A DNA stretch of 64,000 bases from positions 37,076,001 to 37,140,000 of the forward strand of contig OZ024741.1 in NCBI GenBank assembly GCA_964016885.1, in the 5' to 3' direction. Shown here one piece after another: positions 53,101 to 64,000 of this stretch. A program made the translations under genes and the position numbers. Each line of letters opens with the position of its first letter. Position 1 is the stretch's first letter. Under the pieces are notes generated by a model, which had not been told where the DNA came from, searched no databases, and saw only the letters and a list, made by a program, of their open reading frames with translations. This DNA comes from Eledone cirrhosa. Its lineage: Eukaryota.

Positions 53101-56100
53101 CAACACCACCAACACCACTAACAACAACACCACCAACACCACTAACAACAACACCACCACCACCACTGACAACACCAACACCACCAACACCACTAACAAC
53201 AACACAACCACCACCACTGACAACACCAACACCACCAACACCACTAACAACACCACCACCACCACCACTGACAACACCAACACCACCACCACCACTGACA
53301 ACACCAACACAACCAACACCACTGACAACACCAACACCACCAACACCACTAACAACAACACCACCAACACCACTAACAACAACACCACCACCACCACTGA
53401 CAACACCAACACCACCAACACCACTAACAACACCACCACCACCACCACTGACAACACCAACACCACCAACACCACTAACAACACCACCACCACCACCACT
53501 GACAACACCAACGCCACCACCACTAACAACAACACCACCAACACCACTGACAACACCAACACCACCAACACCACTAACAACACCACCACCACCACCACTG
53601 ACAACACCAACACCACCAACACCACTAACAACAACACCACCACCACCACTGACAACACCAACGCCACCACCACTAACAACAACACCACCAACACCACTGA
53701 CAACACCAACACCACCAACACCACTAACAACACCACCACCACCACCACTGACAACACCAACACCACCAACACCACTAACAACAACACCACCACCACCACT
53801 GACAACACCAACACCACCAACACCACTAACAACACCACCACCGCCACCACTGACAACACCAACACCACTACCACCACTAACAACAACACCACCACCACCA
53901 CTGACAACACCAACACCACCAACACCACTAACAACAACACCACCACCACCACTGACAACACCAACACCACCAACACCACTAACAACACCACCACCACCAC
54001 CACTGACAACACCAACACCACCAACACCACTAACAACAACACCACCACCACCACTGACAACACCAACACCACCAACACCACTAACAACAACACCACCACC
54101 ACCACTGACAACACCAACACCACCAACACCACTAACAACAACACCACCACCACCACTGACAACACCAACACCACCAACACCACTAACAACAACACCACCA
54201 CCACCACCGACAACACCAACACCACCACCACCACTAACAACAACACCACCACCACCACTGACAACACCAACACCACCAACGCCACTAACAACACCACCAC
54301 CACTGACAACACCAACACCACCACCACCACTAACAACACCACCACCACCACTACTGACAACACCAACACCATCAACGCCACTAACAACACCACCACCACT
54401 GACAACACCAACACCACCACCACCACTAACAACAACACCACCACCACCACCACTGACAACACCAACACCACCAACGCCACTAACAACACCACCACCACTG
54501 ACAACACCAACACCACCACCACCACTAACAACAACACCACCACCACCACCGACAACACCAACACCACCACCACCACTAACAACAACACCACCACCACCAC
54601 TGACAACACCAACACCACCAACACCACCACCACCACTGACAACACCAACACCACCAACGCCACTAACAACAACACCACCACCACCACCACTAACAACAAC
54701 ACCACCACCACCACTGACAACACCAACAGCACCAACGCCACTAACAACAACACCACCACCACCACTGACAACACCAACACCACTAACAACACCACCACCA
54801 CCACCACTGACAACACCAACACCACCAACGCCACTAACAACAACACCACCACCACCACTGACAACACCAACACCACCAACGCCACTAACAACAACACCAC
54901 CACCACCACTGACAACACCAACACCACTAACAACACCACCACCACCACCACTGACAACACCAACACCACCAACGCCACTAACAACAACACCACCACCACC
55001 ACTGACAACACCAACACCACCAACACCACTAACAACACCACCACCACCACCACTGACAACACCAACACCACTAACAACAACACCACCACCACCACTGACA
55101 ACACCACCACCACCACCACTGACAACACCAACACCACCAACACCACTAACAACAACACCACCACCACCACTGACAACACCAACACCACCAACACCACTAA
55201 CAACACCACCACCACCACCACTGACAACACCAACACCACCACCACCACTGACAACACCAACACCACCAACACCACTAACAACACCACCACCAACACCACT
55301 AACAACAACACCACCACCAACACCACTAACAACAACACCACCACCACCACTGACAACACCAACACCACCAACACCACTAACAACAACACCACCACCACCA
55401 CTGACAACACCAACACCACCAACACCACTGACAACACCAACACCACCAACACCACTAACAACAACACCACCAACACCACTAACAACAACACCACCACCAC
55501 CACTGACAACACCAACACCACCAACACCACTAACAACACCACCACCACCACCACTGACAACACCAACACCACCAACACCACTAACAACACCACCACCACC
55601 ACCACTGACAACACCAACGCCACCACCACTAACAACAACACCACCAACACCACTGACAACACCAACACCACCAACACCACTAACAACACCACCACCACCA
55701 CCACTGACAACACCAACACCACTAACAACAACACCACCACCACCACTGACAACACCAACGCCACCACCACTAACAACAACACCACCAACACCACTGACAA
55801 CACCAACACCACCAACACCACTAACAACACCACCACCACCACCACTGACAACACCAACACCACCAACACCACTAACAACAACACCACCACCACCACTGAC
55901 AACACCAACACCACCAACACCACTAACAACACCACCACCACCACCACCACTGACAACACCAACACCACTACCACCACTAACAACAACACCACCACCACCA
56001 CTGACAACACCAACACCACCAACACCACTAACAACAACACCACCACCACCACTGACAACACCACCACCACCACTGACAACACCACCACCACCACCACTGA

Positions 56101-58885
56101 CAACACCAACACCACCAACACCACTGACAACACCAACACCACCAACACCACTAACAACAACACCACCAACACCACTAACAACAACACCACCACCACCACT
56201 GACAACACCAACACCACCAACGCCACTAACAACACCACCACCACCACCACTGACAGCAACAACACCACCACCACCACTGACAACACCACCACCACCACCA
56301 CTGACAACACCAACACCACCAACACCACTAACAAAACCACAACCACTAACAACACCACCAACACCACTAACAACACCAACACCACCAACACCACTAACAA
56401 CACCACCACCACCACCACTGACAACACCAACACCACCACCACCACTAACAACAACACCACCACCACCACTGACAACACCAACACCACCAACACCACTAAC
56501 AACAACACCACCACCACCACTGACAACACCAACACCAACACCACCACTAACAACAACACCACCACCACCACTGACAACACCAACACCACCACCACCACTA
56601 ACAACACCACCACCACCACCACTAACAACAACACCACCACCACCACTGACAACACCAACACCACCAACACCACTAACAACACCACCACCAACACCACTAA
56701 CAACAACACCACCACCAACACCACTAACAACAACACCACCACCACCACTGACAACACCAACACCACCAACACCACTAACAACAACACCACCACCACCACT
56801 GACAACACCAACACCACCAACACCACTAACAACAACACCACCACCACCACTGACAACACCAACACGACCACCACCACTGACAACACCAACACCACCACCA
56901 CCACTAACAACAACACCACCACCACCACCACTGACAACACCAATGCCACCAACACCACTAACAACACCACCACCACCACTGACAACACCAACACCACCAA
57001 CACCACTAACAACAACACCACCACCACCACTGACAACACCAACACCACCAACACCACTAACAACAACACCACCACCACCACTGACAATACCAACGCCACC
57101 AACACCACTAACAACAACACCACCACCACCACTGACAACACCAACACCACCAACACCACTAACAACAACACCACCACCACCTACTGACAACACCAACACC
57201 ACCAACACCACTAACAACAACACCAACACCACCACCACCACTAACAACAACACAACCACCACCACTGACAACACCAACACCACCAACACCACTAACAACA
57301 ACACCACCACCACCACTGACAATACCAACGCCACCAACACCACTAACAACAACACCACCACCACCACTGACAATACCAACGCCACCAACACCACTAACAA
57401 CAACACCACCACCACCACTGACAACACCAACACCACCATCACCACTAACAACAACACCACCACCACCACTGACAACACCAATGCCACCAACACCACTAAC
57501 AACAACACCACCACCACCACTGACAACACCAACACCACCAACACCAATACCACCAACACCACCACCACCACTGACAACACCAACACCACCACCACCACTA
57601 ACAACAACACCACCACCACCACTGACAACACCAACACCACCAACACCACTAACAACACCACCACCACCACCACCACTGACAACACCAACACCACCAACAC
57701 CACCACCACCACTGACAACACCAACGCCACCAACACCACTAACAACACCACCACCACCACCACCACCACTGACAACACCAACACCACCAACACCACCACC
57801 ACCACTGACAACACCAACACCACCAACACCACTAACAACAACACCACCACCACCACTGACAACACCAACACCACCACCACCACTAACAACAACACCACCA
57901 CCACCACTGACAACACCAAAACCACCAACGCCACTAACAACAACACCACCACCACCACTGACAACACCAACGCCACCACCACCACCACCACTGACAACAC
58001 CAACACCACTAACAACAACACCACCACCACCACCACTGACAACACCAACACCACCAACACCACTAACAACAACACCACCACCACCACCACTGACAACACC
58101 AACACCACCAACACCACTAACAACACCACCACCACCAGCACTGACAACACCAAAACCACTACCACCACTAACAACAACACCACCACCATCACTGACAACA
58201 CCAACACCACCAACACTAACAACAACACCACCACCACCACTAACACCAACACCACCAACACCACTAACAACAACAGCACCACCACCACCACCACTGACAA
58301 CAACACCAACACCACCACCACCACTAACACCAACACCACCAACACCACTAACAACAACAGCACCACCACCACTGACAACAACAACAACACCACCACCACC
58401 ACCACTGACAACAACACCAACACCACCACCACCACTAACACCAACACCACCAACACCACCAACACCACTAACAACAACGGCACCACCACCACTGACAACA
58501 ACACCACCACCACCACCACCACCACTAACAACAACACCACCACCACCACCACTAACAACAACAACAACACCAACACCACCAACACCACTAACAACAACAC
58601 CACCACCACTGACAACAACACCACCACCACCACTAACACCACCACTGACAACAACACCACCACCACTAACAACAACAACACCACCACCACCACTAACAAC
58701 AACACCACCACCACCACCACTAACAACAACAACAACACTATCAACACTAACAACAACACCAACACCACCAACACCACTAACAACAACACCACCACCACTG
58801 ACAACAACACCACCACCACCACCACCACCACTGACAACAACACCACCACCACTAACAACAACAACACCACCACCACCACCACCAC
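47110..58885. repeat. 11.8-kb ACC/AAC triplet-based satellite with a 3426-bp higher-order duplication
   Basis: Alternating CTGACAACACCAACACC.. and CTAACAACAACACC.. modules; rare variants recur at an offset of 3426 (CATCAACGCC 50944/54370; CAGCACCAACGCC 51301/54727). Confidence 0.95.
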
Positions 58886-59214
58886 GACCCTCCCCCCAAG
58901 ATCATAACCAGAGCCAACAGCTGTTCCATTTGCACTTTGTTGACCTGCTAAATAATGTTTATCTTGGTGAATGCAACATTGTGTAATTAACTTGGCTGAC
59001 CCAGGTCAATGGTAGACAGGTCATTGACATTTCCAGGTCAATATATGCAACTGTTAAGTGTTACTGCTTTGATGGTCTGATGGTTGTGTAGAAGAAAAGG
59101 TTACTGGGTGGTTTGATGGTTGTGGGAAGGAAAGGGTTACTGGGTGGTTTGATGGTTGTGTAGAGGAAAGGTGAAAGTTTTCGTAATTAGGAAAGAACCT
59201 GGGACTCTGGTCCT

Positions 59215-60005
59215 ATCAAGGAAGTGACTGTTCTTGATATGTAGAAAAGGAGCAGGTAAAAACTCTAAACTCTATAAGATATGAATAATGCAAAGTATGG
59301 GTACACAAGAGTTGTAGGGTTGTAGGCAGACTAACAGAAAAGGTAGGCTTTGTATGTGAAAGAGACACAGGTGAAGTAAGTAGCAAGAGTCCCAGTGAAA
59401 TATACTTTTCCAATCTTGGGAAGGCTCCATAGAAGTAGTTGATAGTTTTTACTGCCTAGGTGACATAATTAACAGTAGGCAAGGTTGCTCTGAATGTAGA
59501 GTAGCTAGAATAAGAACAGCATGAAAAAAAGTTCAGGCCGCTACTTCCTATTTTGACAACAAAAGGTTTTTCTCTACAAACAAAAGGCCGGCTGTATGAT
59601 ACTTATGTGCAGAATGTGATGTTGCGTCGAAGTGAAACATGGGCAATAAATGCAGAGGAAATGTGAAGTGTGGAGAGAAATGAAGTGAGTATGCTTTTAT
59701 GGATGCGTAATGTTAGTGAATGACAAAACATGAATGTGCTGAGAAAGGAACTGGGTACAAGAGGAATCAAATGTAGTGAGCAAGATGAAGACTGTGATGC
59801 ATATGGATAATGATCATTGGGTAAAGAAGTGTCAGGAGGTTCCAATGGAAGAAAGACCAAGGAATATGTGGGTAGAAGTGGTGAATGGGGATCTTAAAGC
59901 ACTGAACTTCACAGAGGAGAAGGAATGCAATAAAAGAAGGGAAGCTATGCTGAAAAAGACACATCCAACCCATGGAAGCATGGAAACAGATAGATATAAA
60001 ATTAT
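59215..60005 (+). mobile_element. Degenerate RTE 3' fragment
   Basis: CKVWVHKSC, SIEVVDSF, KGRLYD and SETWA remnants; short tail CATCCAACCCATGGAAGCATGG. Confidence 0.75.
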
Positions 60006-60018
60006 AATGAACGGTCCA

Positions 60019-61220
60019 CTAGATGATTAGATGGTTTGTATTAAGGAAAGACATGGTTTATGTGTAGGACAGGCTTACTGGATGATTTGATGGTTTGTAT
60101 TAAGGTAAGACGTGGTTTATGTGTAGGACAGGTTTACTGGATGATTTGATGGTTTGTATTAAGGTAAGACATGGTTTGTGTGCAGGACAGACTTACTGGA
60201 TGATTTGATGGTTTGTATTAAGGAAAGACGAGGTTTATGTGTAGGACAGGCTTACTGGATGATTTGATGGTTTGTATTAAGGTAAGACGTGGTTTATGTG
60301 TAGGACAGGTTTACTGGATGATTTGATGGTTTGTATTAAGGTAAGACATGTTTTATGTGCAGGACAGACTTACTGGATGATTTGATGGTTTGTATTAAGG
60401 AAAGACGAGGTTTATGTGTAGGACAGGCTTACTGGATGATTTGATGGTTTGTATTAAGAAAAGACGTAGTTTATGTGTAGGACAGGCTTACTGGATGATT
60501 TGATGGTTTGTATTAAGGTAAGATGTAGTTTATGTGTAGGACAGGCTTACTGGATGATTTGATGGTTTGTATTAAGGTAAGATGTAGTTTATGTGTAGGA
60601 CAGGCTTACTGGATGATTTGATGGTTTGTATTAAGGAAAGACATGGTTTATGTGTAGGACAGGCTTACTGGATGATTTGATGGTTTGTATTAAAGAAATA
60701 CATGGTTTATGTGTAGGACAGGCTTACTGGATGATTTGATGGTTTGTATTAAGGTAAGACATGTTTTATGTGTAGGACAGGCTTACTGGATGATTTGATG
60801 GTTTGTTTTAAGGTAAGACATGGTTTATGTGTAGGACAGGCTTACTGGATGATTTGATGGTTTGTTTTAAGGTAAGACGTGGTTTATGTGTAGGACAGGC
60901 TTACTGGATGATTTGATGGTTTGTATTAAGGTAAGACGTGGTTTGTGTGTAGGACAGGCTTACTGGATGATTTGATGGTTTGTATTAAGGTAAGACGTGG
61001 TTTGTGTGTAGGACAGGCTTACTGGATGATTTGATGGTTTGTATTAAGGAAAGACATGGTTTATGTGTAAGACAGGCTTACTGGATGATTTGATGGTTTG
61101 TATTAAGGAAAGACATGGTTTGTGTGTAGGACAGGCTTACTGGATGATTTGATGGTTTATATTAAGGAAAGACATGGTTTGTGTGTAGGACAGGCTTACT
61201 GGATGATTTGATGGTTTGTG
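60019..61220. repeat. 59-bp minisatellite, ~20 copies
   Basis: Unit CTGGATGATTTGATGGTTTGTATTAAGG(T/A)AAGACATGGTTTATGTGTAGGACAGGCTTA. Confidence 0.97.
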
Positions 61221-61227
61221 TGATATG

Positions 61228-61760
61228 TAGTCATCTTAGGAACATATATGTAGTCATGTTAGTAACAGGTGGGTGGTAATCTTAGGAACAGATATTTGAC
61301 CAACAAGCAACAGATGTGAAGTCATGTTAGGAACAGATATTTGACCAACAAGCAACAGATGTGAAGTCATGTTAGGAACAGATATTTGACCACCAAATAA
61401 CAGATGTGAGGTCATCTTAGGAACAGATATTTGACCACCAAGCAACAGATGTGAGGTCATCTTAGGAACAGATATTTGACCAACAAGCAAGAGATGTGAT
61501 GTCATGTTAGGAATAGATATTTGACCACCAAGCAATAGATGTGATGTTTTGTTAGGAATAGATATTTGACCACCAAGCAACAGATGTGAAGTCATGTTAG
61601 GAATAGATATTTGACCACCAAGCAACAGATGTGAGGTTATGTTAGGAATAGATATTTGACCATCAAGCAACAGATGTGAGGTCATGTTAGGAATAGATAT
61701 TTACCATCAAGCAACAGATGTGAGGTCATCTTAACAACAGATATGAGGTCATTTTTGCAA
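61228..61760. repeat. 45-bp minisatellite, ~11 copies
   Basis: Unit GTCATGTTAGGAA(C/T)AGATATTTGACCA(A/C)CAAGCAACAGATGTGA(A/G). Confidence 0.95.
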
Positions 61761-62129
61761 CAGATTTATGGCTTGTATTCCATCAGTGGATCTGTTCTTT
61801 TCTGTCAGAAATTGATGCTTTGAATTTTTAGTATCAAAATCTTACAAGTTTGTTAGAAGTTTGAGCTATGTTAATATTTAACTCTTAATATCCTCTACCA
61901 TATGAAACCACATTAGCACGACATTTTTAAAATGTATAAAACAGCAATATGACTGTATCACATTAAAATTGATAAATCCCATAAACGTAAAACTGCAAAT
62001 TTTCTGAACAATCTGTCCACTAGTAAACATGCTATAAACTTTTGAATTTACAAATATGTTTTAAGTAACTTTTTACTAAATCATTACAGAATCTTAAGAG
62101 TTAATAGTTAATGATTAATTTGTTTGTCT

Positions 62130-62618
62130 ATCATCATCATCATCACCGTTTTAGGTCCGTTCTTTCACACTAACATGGGTTAGACGGGTTGTCCTGTTGT
62201 GGGCAGTGTCTGGTCAGCTGACCTTGTCTTGCTCATACGGGAACTGATTCTGGCTTGATTTCTACAGCTGGATGCCCTTCTTAACACCAACCTCATTTAC
62301 AGTGAGTGCTGGGTGCTTTTTTTTCGTGGTGCCTACACGTCCACTTTACAGTGAGTGCTGGGTGCTTCTTTGCCGTGGTGCCTACACGTCCACTTTACAG
62401 TGTGGGCTGGGTGCTTTTTTGCCGTGGCACCTCCACGACCACTTTGCAGTGGAATGATATGGACCCCAGTCACTATCATCTCATTTCTACAGCTGAGTAA
62501 ACTGGAGCAATGTGAAATAAAGTGTCTTGCTCAAGGAAATAACACATCACCCGGCCTGAGAATTGAACTCACAACTTTTCGATTGCAAGCCCAATGCTCT
62601 AACTACTAAGCCTTGCGC
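62130..62618 (-). mobile_element. Full-length type-2 tRNA-SINE with an RTE-B-type 3' end
   Basis: tRNA-like head, CORE-like CCTTGAGCAAGACACTTTA, three ~50-nt modules, GGGCATCCAGCTG, hairpin and (TGA)n tail. Confidence 0.88.
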
Positions 62619-62778
62619 TATATTAATTAAATTGATGATGATGAGGATGATGATGATAATGACTGCTATTGCCATAAATAACACCACCAGCACGACCATA
62701 ATTATCATCATTTGTTTTCCTCACACTGTATAATTATTTCTAGCTACATTTTAATGATAATAAATATACTAACACAAA

Positions 62779-63046
62779 CTTAACTGTTTTGATATCAAAC
62801 TGCCTGAAACAGCCTCTGGTTCTACAATGCAAAACTGTTTGTTTTAAAGTGTTTATATTTATCTAAAAACCATTTCATCTTAATTCTATGTAAGAACCTT
62901 TGTTAAGATATAATCTAAACACCAACTTAATAATGAAAAAGTTAGTTATATTATTAGATCCATTCAAATTCTTGATTATTTAAAAAAGTATTTGAAAAAT
63001 CTTAGGCGGTGTCTTTCATTAGGAATATGATAATGAAAGGGTTGAA
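62779..63046. mobile_element. piggyBac-like MITE (degenerate)
   Basis: TTAACTGTTTTGATATCAAAC start (compare TTAACCCTTTTGATACCAAAC at ~44567) and GAAAGGGTTGA end. Confidence 0.6.
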
Positions 63047-63675
63047 CATTTAGTAGTCATGCTAATATATCCTCAGATAATATGATCTAGAACACACTTT
63101 GACTATTGTTTATAATGCTGATGACATCTTTGATTTACAGTATTTAGTTTACAAATGCCTCTGAAATCAACCAAACCACACATTAACCATATCCCTAGGA
63201 TCTAAGGCAGTCAACTATATATCTTTCTTCTATAAATTATGGCTTTTTATGTCATGTAAGAAATCAATATTTATAAAAATTGATACAGCAATGATATGAC
63301 AGAAACAAGTAAACATAAAATTAAGAATGGCGATGTAGAAGACAAGTTCACACACATCTTCACTCTCAAATAGAATTGTACAGTCATTTCTGCGCACCAA
63401 TAAACTTCTCCTTTTCCTCCTCCTCTTTTGGTCTTTTATGTATTTCATCTGCTTGTCACCCACCTCATGGATTGTCTTTTTGTCGATCACTGACCACTGG
63501 TCTCTGTCCTCTGAGGTATTTTTCCCCATTGCTGTCTTTAGTAGCATTTGGTTGTTTTGATGGCTGTTCTAGTGATGAGTTTTCTCATTTTTACATGTAT
63601 TTAAATACACTCTCACTTCATCTCGATCAGAGATAATAATGTTTTTTATAAAATTAAATACTTTACAACAACAGA

Positions 63676-63860
63676 GGATTGGCCAAATATTTGGTGTTAT
63701 TTATTCCAATTTTTTACATTCTGAGTTCAAATCCTTTGACTTTCATTCTTCCAGGATCAATAAAATAAAGTACCAGTCAAGTACTGGGATTGATTTAATG
63801 GATTTTACCCTCCTCTAAAAAATTACTGGTTGTGTAAATAAATTAGAAACAATTAAATTA
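63676..63860 (+). mobile_element. Older type-1 tRNA-SINE
   Basis: CTGAGTTCAAATCC, CTTTCATTCTTCCAGGATCAATAAAATAAAGTACCAG, AGAAACAATT end. Confidence 0.65.
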
Positions 63861-64000
63861 ATTACTTCACTCTATTTAGTTTCAAATTCTTAGTCAGTTA
63901 GTTTTCAGTTCTGAGTTCAAGTCATGCAGAGATTATTTCACTTTTAATCTTCCATATATTTACCTTCTCCTATACCCATCATTTTCTTTATAAAACTAAT

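Noticed and set aside
47018-58885. 3955-aa and 2869-aa Val/Gly/Leu ORFs on the minus strand
   Set aside because: Stop-free by composition of the GGT/GTT repeat; no domain, credible start or splice context
61254-61685. 143-aa protein with 15-aa repeats
   Set aside because: Open frame of a 45-bp minisatellite; no other evidence of coding
63230-63636. ORFs of 105 and 86 aa in unique-looking sequence
   Set aside because: No recognisable motifs or convincing splice signals

Overview
AT-rich, repeat-dominated animal (non-prokaryotic) genomic DNA. The SINE/RTE repertoire and microsatellite load resemble cephalopod (octopus-like) genomes, which is an inference. No host protein-coding gene can be supported with confidence, and most ORF-track entries are microsatellite or antisense artefacts. 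Main contents: (i) many RTE-clade LINEs, including one near-full-length copy with an uninterrupted APE-RT ORF that carries a PHD-type zinc finger (1948-5460, minus); (ii) a near-complete Penelope-like element of Naiad type (RT + GIY-YIG) with inverted pseudo-LTRs (22783-27265), plus remnants and fold-back palindromes of several other Penelope-like families, many with recognisable minimal hammerhead ribozymes; (iii) R4/Dong-like REL-endonuclease fragments and about nine tRNA-derived SINEs stacked in (AAT)n tracts (14135-18200); (iv) tRNA-SINEs sharing modular, pseudoknot-like 3' ends with the RTEs; (v) piggyBac-, hAT- and pogo-type MITEs; (vi) 62-, 59-, 45- and ~180-bp minisatellites and an 11.8-kb ACC/AAC triplet-based array with an internal 3426-bp higher-order duplication. 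Structures were folded by eye and no database searches were run.
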